Below the pieces are notes generated by a model, which did no database searches, was not told where the DNA came from, and worked only from the letters and a program-made list of their open reading frames with translations. A stretch of DNA of 64,000 bases from NCBI GenBank assembly GCA_964633925.1, contig CAZWKB010000003.1, positions 4,598 to 68,597 on the forward strand, written 5' to 3'. Below are positions 1 through 9,630 of this stretch, one piece after another; positions within the stretch are counted from its first letter, which is position 1; each line of letters begins with the position of its first letter. The DNA is from an uncultured bacterium. GTDB lineage: Bacteria; Margulisbacteria; WOR-1; JAKLHX01. Both the position numbers and the translations under genes were made by a program.

Positions 1-1
1 A

Positions 2-373
2 AGCGCTGAAGTTATTGAATATAACGAAGGTGGGCAACTAAGACCTCATAAAAGTCCCGGTAAGATTAAGTCGAAAGACCTATCTCTAGAGCGTGGCGAA
101 ACTGATTCTGTAGATATGTTTACTTGGTGGAAGAAGATTGCTGACCGTGCAAATAACTCTGGTGGAGTTGCAGACTCTGAATATAAGAAGGATATCCAAA
201 TCCATCAAATTGACAGGGCTGGAACAATCAGAAAAACATGGAACGTATATGGTTCTTGGCCAAGTACATTCGGTGTAGATGACTGGGACGGCGGCTCTTC
301 AGAGAAGCATGTTGAAAAACTCGTTCTTGTTAACGACGGAATCGATTGTGTATCTGTGACTGCAAAGTCGTAA
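2..373 (+). CDS. Contractile-tail tube protein (T4 gp19 / eCIS tube family), 5' end cut by window edge
   Basis: Frame 2 is open from nt 2 into the listed ORF 116..373. Translated AEVIEYNEGG..KSPGKIK..LSLERG..W resembles the gp19-like tube core. A strong terminator and then chaperone and tape-measure genes follow. Confidence 0.7.
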   Translation, partial: SAEVIEYNEGGQLRPHKSPGKIKSKDLSLERGETDSVDMFTWWKKIADRANNSGGVADSEYKKDIQIHQIDRAGTIRKTWNVYGSWPSTFGVDDWDGGSSEKHVEKLVLVNDGIDCVSVTAKS

Positions 374-423
374 AAATCGAATAAACTAAAACAAAAGAAT
401 AAAATTTCAAATTTTAATGTTCA

Positions 424-456
424 ATGCCTTCATATTTTATTATGAAGGCATTTTCA
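424..456 (+). terminator. Rho-independent terminator after the tube gene
   Basis: 11-bp perfect stem ATGCCTTCATA/TATGAAGGCAT with a 6-nt loop, then TTTT. Confidence 0.7.
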
Positions 457-485
457 TTGTCTAAAAAAAGAATGGAGGAATAAAT

Positions 486-1247
486 ATGAAAGATGACAAG
501 AATTTAGAAAAGAAAGGTGAAGAAACAGTTATTCAGCAGAAACCTGAAGAAAAGAAAATCAGGACCGAAACTGTTCCGTTGCCTTCTGGACACTGGGTTG
601 AACTGAGAGGTATGAAAACCCAGGAAATGGATATCCTTGCAAATAGAAAGGCTATGCGCGACGGAGATGGCATCAATGATATTGCCAAAAACTGTATTGT
701 TGATAAATCTGAAGGCTTCGATTATGATACTGCTTTGCAGGGAGATAGATATCTTATTATAATCAGCATCAGAAAAATCACATATCCAGGGCCGTATTCC
801 TTTGAAGTAGAATGCCCCGAATGTGGTGATAAACATGAGTTCAATGTAAAACTTAACGAACTGCCAATCACTTTATTGGATGGCAGACCTACAAAAGATA
901 TTGAATTTACATTCCCTGTCTGTGGCACTAAGATTAAGTATCACCTTCCTACCGGCACAGATGAAGCTGAAATCATGAAAGCAAGAAAGCAATATCCAGA
1001 AAACATTATCACTCTTTCTGTTATGATTAATACAGACTGGGTTGAAGGTATGCCATTTAAGAGTATCGACTTTTTCAAAAATCTTGATGCTGCAGATATA
1101 TTGGCATTTCAGGAAGATTTGGATGAACATAATTGCGGAGTTGAAACTACGCTTGAACTTAAATGTCCGGTTGAAAAGGAAGTATTCGAAACTGAACTTC
1201 CTATTACAAAGGATTTTTTCTTACCCAAAAAAGCAAAGAAGCGCTAA
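486..1247 (+). CDS. Tail assembly chaperone (G-like, zero-frame product)
   Basis: Lies between the tube and tape-measure genes. GGAGG RBS 7 nt upstream. A slippery heptamer near the 3' end opens into a -1 frame. Contains CPECG...CPVE cysteine pairs. Confidence 0.5.
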   Translation: MKDDKNLEKKGEETVIQQKPEEKKIRTETVPLPSGHWVELRGMKTQEMDILANRKAMRDGDGINDIAKNCIVDKSEGFDYDTALQGDRYLIIISIRKITYPGPYSFEVECPECGDKHEFNVKLNELPITLLDGRPTKDIEFTFPVCGTKIKYHLPTGTDEAEIMKARKQYPENIITLSVMINTDWVEGMPFKSIDFFKNLDAADILAFQEDLDEHNCGVETTLELKCPVEKEVFETELPITKDFFLPKKAKKR

Positions 1248-1402
1248 GAGAGGAAATCTTCACTCTTGCTTATGGAGGGTTGGTTACAATAACTTATAAA
1301 GATGTCATGGAGTGGAGTGAAGAAGAGCGAACATGGTATCTTGAAAGGTTAATAGAAGAAAAGGATAGAGAACAGAAAGAAATAAACAAATCAAAAGCTT
1401 AA
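486..1402 (+). CDS. Tail assembly chaperone, -1 frameshifted long isoform (GT-like)
   Basis: After the slip at 1214-1220 the reading continues LTQKSKEALREEIFTLAYGGLVTITYKDVMEWSEEERTWYLERLIEEKDREQKEINKSKA*. The tail has no RBS or start codon of its own. It ends just before the tape-measure start. Confidence 0.45.
1214..1220 (+). promoter_or_regulatory. Candidate -1 programmed ribosomal frameshift site T_TTT_TTC
   Basis: X_XXY_YYZ heptamer in the correct zero-frame register (GAT TTT TTC). The -1 frame is open from 1196 to the TAA at 1400-1402. Confidence 0.5.
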
Positions 1403-1406
1403 AGGG

Positions 1407-4400
1407 GTGAGGTTAGTGGGTTTAAATACATTAGGTCTTGGAATAATTTTATCTTTAAGAGACGGTGCATCAGTACCTGCTAACAGAGCAGCCGCCTCGC
1501 TAGGACAGTTAGATGCTACCGCACAAAGGTTTTCATCTAGATTCAATACTGCAATGGCAACTGCATTTGAAGGAATGAATATGTTCGCTGCAGGCTTAAT
1601 GGCAGCTGCCGCTCCTATAGGCTTTGTAAAATCTACATTAAAGACGCAACAGGCTTTGGCTTATGTTGCGTCTTCTGGTGTAGAAGATTTAGGTAGATTA
1701 AAAGCTGCAGCAGAAGACTTTACAAACACATGGGCTGGTTCTACTCAAGAATCATTCTTAAATACAGCTTATGAAATCAAATCAGGTTTGTATGAACTGT
1801 CTGATGCTATGGTAACTAAGATGACAACAACCACAGGTGTATTGGCTAAAGCTACAAAATCTACTATGGACGAAATACAATCACTTGTTCCTATTATGTG
1901 GGGTATCTTAAAACCGTCTAGAGGTGGTATTACAGACGAAGCATTTATGAATGAACTTGCTGGTGCTTTGGCACAGTCAGTTAAAATCTATAGAGCTACC
2001 GGTAAAAACATGGGTGATGCGTTTTCTCAAGCAACTGCTATAGCAACACAGCAAGGTATTTCTATGGAAGAACAATTTGCGGTACTTGGTCGTTTGCAAC
2101 AGACAATGACAGGTTCAGAAGCTGGTACTAAGCTTAGAGCATTAGCAGTTAATGCACCGAGAGCAGTTGAATTAGCTAAAAAACATAATGTACCAATTCA
2201 ACTTACAGATGACAAAGGCATGTTATTGCCTATAATCAATATATTAGAAAATGCAAGAGATATATTTTCAACAAAACTTGGCCCAGAGGTTGCAAAAGGA
2301 ATATCTGCTTCATTAAACAATATGGAAATTTCTGATGATAATGTAGTTAGTAATGTTGCACAGCAATACGGAAAATTGACTGCAGATTCTATGGAAGGTT
2401 TAAGAAAGATTTTTGGTTCAAGAGAAGCAACGTCTACGATTATAAACTTACTACCATATATTGACCAGTTAAAAGACGACACACTTCAAATAAAAGATGC
2501 AATGTCAAAAGGCTTACCAGTAGCTTTAGATATGGCAGAAAAAGCAGCAAATAACATGGGAGATGCATGGGAAGTATTCGTACAAAGAGTTAATAACTTA
2601 AAACAGTCTATCGGTGAGTCTCTTTTTGGAATGTTTGGCCCAGGATTAAAGGCTTTAGGGCTTATGGTTGTAGCACTTCAAAAATTTGTTAAAGCGAATC
2701 CTTGGTTGATTAGAATCGCAAGTGCAATTGCTATGGTTGCTGGTTCAGCTCTAATGCTAACTGGTATACTATTCATTTTAAGTGCTGCATTTCAAATAGT
2801 CAATGCTTCTGTTGCATTAATGAAATCAAGAATGGTTCTTCTAAGAGCTGAATTTTTAAAATTCTTAATAACTCTTTGGCCTTTGTTATTACTTGCTGGT
2901 ACTTTATACTTTGCATTTAAAACGAATTTCATGGGCATTTCAGATGCATTCATGAATTCTATAAAGAAAATTAAAGAATTTTTCAATATGGTTAAGTTAG
3001 TATTCCAAGGTTTAGGAGAGTTAATTCATACGTTTTCTAATGACAAAGGTACAATATCTGCAGATTTGCATGATAAGCTGGTTGATGCAGGGCTTTGGGA
3101 TTTAGTTAAAACGCTATTTATGGTTTATACAAGATTAAGATATCTATGGGAAGGTATTAAGGCAGGTTTTAAAGACACATGGACATTTATTCTAAATCAA
3201 GTTCTTAAACCTATTGGTGCAGGAATTAGAGACTATGTCTTAAAACCTTTAGGTGCTTTACTTGCAAAATTCGGTATAGTTTTCCCAGCTTTACAAAAAC
3301 TGATTAACCCTACTCAAGAAAATGCCAATGCTTGGAAAGAGGTTGGTTATTGGATTGGTGTTGCTTTGGCAATTCTTGCTACTGTAGGTACTATATGGAA
3401 AATAATAGCACCAATAATTAAAGTTGCCAAGTTTATTGGCACAATCGTTACAAAACTAGGATGGCTTTGGAAAGCAATCGCATGGATTGGTAAATTGATA
3501 TTTGGTCTAGGCAAATGGTTATGGACTGCATTCATGTGGATTGCCGGTATAGTGGCAGGTATTCTTGGTATTCCTGTTTGGGTGGCTGCTTTAATAGTAG
3601 CTGCAGTCATTGCAATAATAGTTCTAATCGTAATCTTTAGAAAGCAAGTTTGGGCTTTCTTACAAACGATATTCTGGGGAATAGTTGGTGTATTTGCTAC
3701 AATCGGAATCGTTTTATTTCAGGCTATAATGGCTGTTGTCTTAATCATAATTGCAGCAGTAGGTATAATCATAGGTATAATTTGGGGTATCGTCAATGTA
3801 GTCATATCAATAGTTGCTGCAATAGTAGGCGTATTCTTAACTTGCTGGACAATTATTGCAGGAATCTGGATGATGATATTCGAAGTAATAAAAGGCATTG
3901 TTCTAACAATTGTTGCAGTAGTCAAAGCTATTTTCACCGGAGACTTTACAACGCTTGGTGAAACTTTGAAAGGGATTTGGGGCGGAGTTTGGCAAAACAT
4001 TCAAGACATCTGCGCAGGAGTAGTTCAAAAGATTATTGGAATTTGGGATGGAATAAAAGGTGTCTTGGCTGGAGTTTGGGGTTCATTAAAAGATACTGCA
4101 TCAGGATTCTTCAATTGGATTGGTGAAAAATTTGCATGGGTTGGTAGTTTAGTAGATAAAATCAAAGGTGTATGGTCTTCTATGGGAGGCAAAATCAGTG
4201 AGGCATGGAATGCAATAACAGTTAAAGGGCACGCTACAGGCGGTCTTTTCAACGGACCAAGCATCATTGGTATTGGTGAGCAGCCAAATGTTAAAGAAGC
4301 TGCAATCCCATTATCCGGACGACATATGCTACCATTTGCAAATGCCATTGCCTCAGCCATGCCTGAACCTGTTTTAGATGGCCCAAAAAATGGGTATAGA

Positions 4401-4592
4401 AGCACTCCAGTTAACAACGTAATAAATAACAATTATACAACCAACAATAACAACCAGAACCAATCTGGAGCTTCTGGCCAAAACGGTTCAAACCTACCTC
4501 CTGTTCAAATCACCGTACCGGTCAAAATAGATGGTAGGGAAGTTGCAAGGGCTACAGCAGATTATGTAGATTTGCAGAATAGGAGGAAATAA
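1407..4592 (+). CDS. Tail tape measure protein
   Basis: 1,061 aa, alpha-helical and Ala/Gly-rich, with a roughly 220-aa hydrophobic block. Position is canonical. GTG at 1407 or GTG at 1416 (better spaced from GGGG) could be the start. Confidence 0.8.
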   Translation: MRLVGLNTLGLGIILSLRDGASVPANRAAASLGQLDATAQRFSSRFNTAMATAFEGMNMFAAGLMAAAAPIGFVKSTLKTQQALAYVASSGVEDLGRLKAAAEDFTNTWAGSTQESFLNTAYEIKSGLYELSDAMVTKMTTTTGVLAKATKSTMDEIQSLVPIMWGILKPSRGGITDEAFMNELAGALAQSVKIYRATGKNMGDAFSQATAIATQQGISMEEQFAVLGRLQQTMTGSEAGTKLRALAVNAPRAVELAKKHNVPIQLTDDKGMLLPIINILENARDIFSTKLGPEVAKGISASLNNMEISDDNVVSNVAQQYGKLTADSMEGLRKIFGSREATSTIINLLPYIDQLKDDTLQIKDAMSKGLPVALDMAEKAANNMGDAWEVFVQRVNNLKQSIGESLFGMFGPGLKALGLMVVALQKFVKANPWLIRIASAIAMVAGSALMLTGILFILSAAFQIVNASVALMKSRMVLLRAEFLKFLITLWPLLLLAGTLYFAFKTNFMGISDAFMNSIKKIKEFFNMVKLVFQGLGELIHTFSNDKGTISADLHDKLVDAGLWDLVKTLFMVYTRLRYLWEGIKAGFKDTWTFILNQVLKPIGAGIRDYVLKPLGALLAKFGIVFPALQKLINPTQENANAWKEVGYWIGVALAILATVGTIWKIIAPIIKVAKFIGTIVTKLGWLWKAIAWIGKLIFGLGKWLWTAFMWIAGIVAGILGIPVWVAALIVAAVIAIIVLIVIFRKQVWAFLQTIFWGIVGVFATIGIVLFQAIMAVVLIIIAAVGIIIGIIWGIVNVVISIVAAIVGVFLTCWTIIAGIWMMIFEVIKGIVLTIVAVVKAIFTGDFTTLGETLKGIWGGVWQNIQDICAGVVQKIIGIWDGIKGVLAGVWGSLKDTASGFFNWIGEKFAWVGSLVDKIKGVWSSMGGKISEAWNAITVKGHATGGLFNGPSIIGIGEQPNVKEAAIPLSGRHMLPFANAIASAMPEPVLDGPKNGYRSTPVNNVINNNYTTNNNNQNQSGASGQNGSNLPPVQITVPVKIDGREVARATADYVDLQNRRK

Positions 4593-4594
4593 CA

Positions 4595-5044
4595 ATGGCT
4601 ATATATGAAAAAGTTTTTAAAGGTGCCATTGTAGATATGAGCACCAATGAGATTCAATACTTTCAATACAATCCAGAAACATTTTCGGTAAATAGGGCAA
4701 TGAATTACGCTGCAATTACAATACCCGGTCTTGACCGTCCTATTTACCAATTTGTTTCAGGTGGAGAAGATATAATAGATGTTAAGTTATTTCTAAGCGC
4801 TTTAGGGCATGAAAAAGGTGGTCAAGGAATTCTTGATATTTATTTTTGGTTTAAAGACAGGACGTATACAAAAAGGTCAGACAATATATTACAAGTAGCA
4901 CCGCCTAAAGTGTTATGGGTCTGGCCAAAAATCGGTTCTGCAAAGTGTATAATCGATACTTGCAATATAGAATGGCAAGCTTTCTTTCCAGATGGTTTGC
5001 CAAAATATGGAGACTTAACATTAACGCTTAAAAAATCTTATTAG
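4595..5044 (+). CDS. Tube-fold baseplate protein (CIS tube / tube-initiator-like)
   Basis: FQYNPETFSV...PIYQFVSGGEDIIDVKLFL...PPKVLWVWP pattern is typical of small tube-like proteins that precede LysM/gpD genes in contractile systems. Confidence 0.5.
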   Translation: MAIYEKVFKGAIVDMSTNEIQYFQYNPETFSVNRAMNYAAITIPGLDRPIYQFVSGGEDIIDVKLFLSALGHEKGGQGILDIYFWFKDRTYTKRSDNILQVAPPKVLWVWPKIGSAKCIIDTCNIEWQAFFPDGLPKYGDLTLTLKKSY

Positions 5045-5057
5045 GAGGTGGATTATT

Positions 5058-5360
5058 TTGTCAATATTTCAAGGTTCTAGATATGAAAATTCGAAAGTGT
5101 ATAAACATAATAACGCTTTCTATATAGGCTCAAGAAAGATTCTTAAAAAGAAAGAATTTGATGACAACATTATCCATGTCGTAAGAGATGGAGAAAGGCT
5201 TGAGTTAATCGCATATAATTATTGGAAAATGCCTGAGTGGTGGTATATCATATGTGATTGGAATGATATATTTAATCCATTTTTAGCTTTAGAGCCTGGC
5301 ACGATTCTAGTATTACCAAGTTTTAGCAGAATTTCTGGAGGTGACATTTATGATTCCTGA
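5058..5360 (+). CDS. LysM-like tail protein (P2 gpX-like)
   Basis: VVRDGERLELIAYNYW...EPGTILVLPS is a LysM-like motif. TTG start lies 9 nt after AGGAGG. Confidence 0.55.
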   Translation: MSIFQGSRYENSKVYKHNNAFYIGSRKILKKKEFDDNIIHVVRDGERLELIAYNYWKMPEWWYIICDWNDIFNPFLALEPGTILVLPSFSRISGGDIYDS

Positions 5361-6843
5361 AGCTTACGATCCGTTTTTTACTATTAAAATAGACGGTAAA
5401 AAAGCACCTTCAGAACTTGCAGATAAAATAAGTAAGTTTGAATTTGAAGAAGTCGATGATAAAGACGACATGATGACAATTTTGATTGACGATACTCTAT
5501 TGCAATTTGTAGATGACCCTATGCTTGATATTGGTGGGGTTATAACATTTCAATATGGATATCTAAATAGAAGAAGTGCTGTTAAGCAGGCAAAAATAAA
5601 GGATGTCGAAGGCTTAAATGAAATAAAAGTTCAAGCCTATCAAATAAATTCTGGAGTTGTACCACCACCTGCTCCCTCAGCATCTCCTGCACCGGCCAAA
5701 GTAGAGTCTACTTCGTCTGCACCAAAGACATATACAGTAGTCAAAGGCGATAATCTTTCTGCAATTTCAAGAAGATTTGGACTTCCAGGGTGGAAAGATT
5801 TATACAATGCAAATAGAGATGTCATAGGTTCTAATCCAAATCTTATTTATCCTGGGCAGGTTTTAAAAATCCCTGGACAAGAAGAAGAGATTCAGACTCC
5901 TGCTGAAGAGCCGGCACCAGAAGTTGTTGAGGAGGATAGCCCAAATCCTTTAGCAACGCATAGCAGAGTATGGGAAAATATGACTTACTCAGAGATTGCA
6001 ACTTCTATTGCTGAGGAAATGGGGTTACAAGCTGATGTTGAAGTAGTGGAAACAAGATATGATTATACTCCGCAAACAAATGAAGACAATTTGGCTTTTC
6101 TTAAAAGACTTGGCGATAGAATAGGATATACAGTTAAAGTCTATGGTGATAAATTATTTTTCAGAAATGTAGATTTTTCATCAAAAACACAAAGGACTTT
6201 ATATTACTATATTGATGGAGCAGGAGAAGTTGAAAAGTTTTATCCTAAGATTAAAACTAAAGATGCAAAGTCTTCAGCATCATCTACTACAACTAACCCT
6301 ACAAACAAAACTGCTTCTACTACTAAGGCAAACAATACAAATTCGACTAAACTTGGCCAGTATTCTTATGTAATAAATGGTATTACAGGTGAAGAAGAAA
6401 AAGTATTTACGCCAGTTCAAGGGGCTTCTAATAATAAAGTTTCAAATACAACTGATAATGTTGCCGCTGGGGCAATGAAAAATAGCGAGTCTAAAAGTGG
6501 CACTACAAAATGGTTTGAAGCAGATATAGATTGTATTGGAATACCAGAGATAAAGGCTGGAGGTTTAGTAACTATATTCGGTGTAGGCAAAAAATGGTCT
6601 GGAAATTGGTATGTAAAGACAGTAAGGCATACAATTGATAGTGGTGGATATAGGACTTCATTGGAATGCACAAGAAATGGTATCGGCCAAGCTGCTAAAG
6701 TTTCAGACGAAAACGAAGGTCCTATCAACAACCCTACTTCGACTGAAAGCTCTGGTTCAAATAAAACTGCAAGTAAAAACCCTGGCAAGGTTTATATAGT
6801 TGATGGTATAACTGGAGAAGAAACAGTAGGCCAAATGCCATAA
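5350..6843 (+). CDS. Baseplate hub / late control gpD-like protein with inserted LysM domain
   Basis: C-terminal GNWYVKTVRHTIDSGGYRTSLECTRN is a gpD signature. Internal YTVVKGDNLSAISRRFGL...YPGQVLKIP is a LysM domain. ATG 5350 follows GGAGGTGA; the ORF-track start 5341 overlaps that RBS. Confidence 0.7.
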   Translation: MIPEAYDPFFTIKIDGKKAPSELADKISKFEFEEVDDKDDMMTILIDDTLLQFVDDPMLDIGGVITFQYGYLNRRSAVKQAKIKDVEGLNEIKVQAYQINSGVVPPPAPSASPAPAKVESTSSAPKTYTVVKGDNLSAISRRFGLPGWKDLYNANRDVIGSNPNLIYPGQVLKIPGQEEEIQTPAEEPAPEVVEEDSPNPLATHSRVWENMTYSEIATSIAEEMGLQADVEVVETRYDYTPQTNEDNLAFLKRLGDRIGYTVKVYGDKLFFRNVDFSSKTQRTLYYYIDGAGEVEKFYPKIKTKDAKSSASSTTTNPTNKTASTTKANNTNSTKLGQYSYVINGITGEEEKVFTPVQGASNNKVSNTTDNVAAGAMKNSESKSGTTKWFEADIDCIGIPEIKAGGLVTIFGVGKKWSGNWYVKTVRHTIDSGGYRTSLECTRNGIGQAAKVSDENEGPINNPTSTESSGSNKTASKNPGKVYIVDGITGEETVGQMP

Positions 6844-6853
6844 AAGCACGTCC

Positions 6854-6896
6854 CTAGAACCCTGCTAGATTAACAAACGCAAGGTGCCTAATATGT
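6854..6896 (-). repeat. 43-bp intergenic element, copy 1 (inverted relative to 37548..37590)
   Basis: The reverse complement ACATATTAGGCACCTTGCGTTTGTTAATCTAGCAGGGTTCTAG matches 37548-37590 at 41 of 43 positions. Confidence 0.85.
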
Positions 6897-6921
6897 AATC
6901 ATTAACGGTTTTTATGGCAAA

Positions 6922-6939
6922 TTAGACAGTGTCTGGATA
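6922..6939 (+). promoter_or_regulatory. TTAGACAGTGTCTGGATA motif upstream of the spike gene
   Basis: 17 of 18 identical to 22677-22694. Core AGACA-G-TGTCT is palindromic. Lies about 10 nt upstream of the RBS. Confidence 0.4.
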
Positions 6940-6951
6940 GGAGGTAATGAA

Positions 6952-7479
6952 ATGAACCCTGAAGACGTATTTAAAAGTAAATCTGACAAAGATAATGTAG
7001 GAAAATATTTTGGAAAATTTAGGGCTGTCGTTAAAAAGATAGATGACCCTGAAAAGCTTGGAAGAATAAGAGTTACCTGTCCAGATATTTATGGCAAAGA
7101 TATGTCACCATGGGCTTGGCCTTGCCTTCCATATGGTGGTTCTGATGAAACAGGATTCTTTATGATTCCAGAGATTGAATCTGGAGTATGGTTAGAGTTT
7201 GAACAGGGCTGTCCTACAAATCCAATTTGGTCTGGAGTTTGGTGGACAAAACCTAACGATAATAATGAAGTTCCAGATGTAGCAACAGCAAAATATGGTA
7301 AAGTCAAAATGATTAAGACTAAATCTGGACATACTATAGAATTTGACGATGAAGCAAATACAATAAAAGTTTCAAATGGTCAAAGCGGTTCTTATATAAT
7401 TATCGGCTCAAATGTTACTGTTCATTCTGAAGGAAATATAATTTTAGAATGTCCAAATGGCATTGTAGATGTGAGGTGA
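6952..7479 (+). CDS. Baseplate central spike (gpV / gp5 OB-fold, VgrG-like)
   Basis: GRIRVTCPDIYG...WAWPCLPYGG...GFFMIPEIESGVWLEFEQG...PIWSGVWW is the classic Phage_base_V pattern. Confidence 0.8.
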   Translation: MNPEDVFKSKSDKDNVGKYFGKFRAVVKKIDDPEKLGRIRVTCPDIYGKDMSPWAWPCLPYGGSDETGFFMIPEIESGVWLEFEQGCPTNPIWSGVWWTKPNDNNEVPDVATAKYGKVKMIKTKSGHTIEFDDEANTIKVSNGQSGSYIIIGSNVTVHSEGNIILECPNGIVDVR

Positions 7480-7483
7480 TATT

Positions 7484-7828
7484 ATGCCAGGAGTCGCATT
7501 AGTTGGTAGCAACATAAGAGGAACTACAACAGGAGAGCATGCAGGGCATTATGATGAAGATGGAAATCCGATTCATGGCGCTGGAGTGCTAACTGGCACT
7601 ATCACATCCGGTAGTGCTAAAGTAAAAGTTAATGGAGTTTCTGTAGCAATTGAAGGTTCGGCAACGTCAGAACAAGATAATTGTGATTCTGGAGTTGGAA
7701 AGCTTGGAAATGCTACACATAAACTTAGAATAAATGGTGTTTCTGTCCAGTGTATTGGCGATTCGACAGTTCCGCATAATGGGACTGCTTCAATAATTTC
7801 TGGAATTTCTAAATTAATAACTGTATAG
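7484..7828 (+). CDS. PAAR-like spike tip protein
   Basis: 114 aa directly after the spike gene. Repeated xVNGVSVxxxGD beta-strand motifs resemble PAAR cones. Confidence 0.5.
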   Translation: MPGVALVGSNIRGTTTGEHAGHYDEDGNPIHGAGVLTGTITSGSAKVKVNGVSVAIEGSATSEQDNCDSGVGKLGNATHKLRINGVSVQCIGDSTVPHNGTASIISGISKLITV

Positions 7829-7839
7829 GAGGTGTCAAT

Positions 7840-8226
7840 ATGGCTAAACTTGGAATTTCATTCCCATTAAAATCAGACTATAAAGGTTCTGTTGAATATA
7901 CTCAAAGCCTTATAGAGTCTATTGAAGATTCTATGAAGCAGATTTTATTAACAGCTAAAGGCGAAAGAGTTATGAACCCACGCTTTGGTTGCGACTTGAA
8001 AAAAATTATTTTTGAATATGATATTAGAATAATCGAAGAGCTTGCTAAGCAGTATATTATAGACGCAATAACAGAATTCGAAACAAGAGTAGTCGTAAAA
8101 GAAAACGGAATTACAGTTATTAAAGAAGAAGAAGTCATTAAGATTCAAATTGTATATACGATAAAATACTCTAACTTACCATTGCAAATAACAAATATTC
8201 TATATACTCGAAATATTATTGAATAA
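7840..8226 (+). CDS. Baseplate wedge protein gp25/gpW-like
   Basis: FPL...SIEDSMKQILLTAKGERVMNPRFGCDLKKIIFE matches the GPW/gp25 signature. Confidence 0.8.
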   Translation: MAKLGISFPLKSDYKGSVEYTQSLIESIEDSMKQILLTAKGERVMNPRFGCDLKKIIFEYDIRIIEELAKQYIIDAITEFETRVVVKENGITVIKEEEVIKIQIVYTIKYSNLPLQITNILYTRNIIE

Positions 8227-8246
8227 ACAGAAAGTGAGGTGATAAA

Positions 8247-9629
8247 ATGGCTACTGATTATACTTCTCGCGATTTCGATTCGCTAAAACAGGAAATGATA
8301 AGCAGACTGACAGTCCTGCTACCAGAGCTTAATAACAAAAAAGATTCAGAATTTGCAATCGCAATGATTGAGTTGTTTGCATGGGTTGGTGATTTGTTAT
8401 CATATACGCTAGACAGATATTCTAATGAAGTGTATCTTGAAAGTGCTATACAAAAAGAAAATGTCATTAAGATTTGTAATATGCTTGGGTACAAACTAAG
8501 AAACTGGCAACCAGCTAAAGTTACATTGACATTTTCTATAACAGCCCCTGTAAATAAAATGATTATAATACCCGCAAGAACTGTCTGTTTAACTGAAGGC
8601 TCTAACCCTATAAGATTTGAAACAGATGAAATTGCGATTATAGAAGTAGGCCAAACATCTGTAACAGTCACCGCTACGCAAGGCGAAACCAAAGAAGAAA
8701 CTCTTGGGTATAGCAACGGTTCTTCTAATCAAATCTATAATTTAACTTATCAACAGGTTTTAGACGGTGTTAAAATATATGTTGAGGGTGAAGAATATGA
8801 CGAAATCGATAACTTCATTAACAGCTCTTCAGAAGGTAAAGACTTTGTCGTAGAAAGATATGGAAGTAAATCTTCAAGAGTATTATTTGGCAACGGAGTT
8901 AACGGATATATCCCTGAAAACGATTATAGAATTTTCGCTTCTTATCGTATTGGCGGTGGTGAAATTGGCAACGTTAGTATGAACTCTATTACAGTTATTA
9001 AAGGTCAAATCTACAATGAAGACAACATAATTGCAGATGTTTATGTAACAAATCAAGAAGATGCATACGACGGTGAAGATGAGGAGTCAATTGCATCTGC
9101 AAAAGCTAAAGCACCTTCGCAGATTTATACTCTATGGAGAGCTGTTACAAAGGATGACTTCATTAAATTAGCACTCACATTACCGGATGTTGAGAAAGCA
9201 ACAGCTACTGTAGATTCTGCAGGCGGTGCATTGGTCAACATGTATATAAAACTTAAAAACAGTGAAACAATATCTGCAGAAAGACTTGGCGAGATTTATG
9301 CATTCTTTGTTGAAAGAAAGCTTATTGGGGCTAGAGTATCTATAAATCCTCCGATTTATAGAACGAATACAGTAAACATAACAGCTTATACATTCCCAGG
9401 CCTTTCAAATTCTGAAATACGTCTTAAAATAATAGACTTTGTTCAGAACCAATACAAGGTTGGTACATTAGGCTTTGGTGAAGAGCTTTATAGCGGTGAG
9501 ATAATACAGTCTCTAATGGAATGGGTTGACGTTAAAAACGTTGACGTAGACATTGCCGGAGGAGTACCAGCAGAGAATGAAATGGTTAAGATTGTTGCAA
9601 TTAATGTTACAGTGACGGGAGGTAAATAG
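8247..9629 (+). CDS. Baseplate J-like protein
   Basis: N-terminal ...SEFAIAMIELFAWVGDLLSYTLDRYSNEVYLESA is typical of the Baseplate_J family. Size and position fit. Confidence 0.8.
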   Translation: MATDYTSRDFDSLKQEMISRLTVLLPELNNKKDSEFAIAMIELFAWVGDLLSYTLDRYSNEVYLESAIQKENVIKICNMLGYKLRNWQPAKVTLTFSITAPVNKMIIIPARTVCLTEGSNPIRFETDEIAIIEVGQTSVTVTATQGETKEETLGYSNGSSNQIYNLTYQQVLDGVKIYVEGEEYDEIDNFINSSSEGKDFVVERYGSKSSRVLFGNGVNGYIPENDYRIFASYRIGGGEIGNVSMNSITVIKGQIYNEDNIIADVYVTNQEDAYDGEDEESIASAKAKAPSQIYTLWRAVTKDDFIKLALTLPDVEKATATVDSAGGALVNMYIKLKNSETISAERLGEIYAFFVERKLIGARVSINPPIYRTNTVNITAYTFPGLSNSEIRLKIIDFVQNQYKVGTLGFGEELYSGEIIQSLMEWVDVKNVDVDIAGGVPAENEMVKIVAINVTVTGGK

Positions 9630-9630
9630 G

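Noticed and set aside
1042-1299. ORF-track frame +1 ORF (1042..1299) as the frameshift target or a separate gene
   Set aside because: It has no RBS, lies mostly inside the chaperone gene and stops 100 nt before the tape measure. The -1 frame (1196-1402) fits a slippery heptamer and fills the gap exactly.
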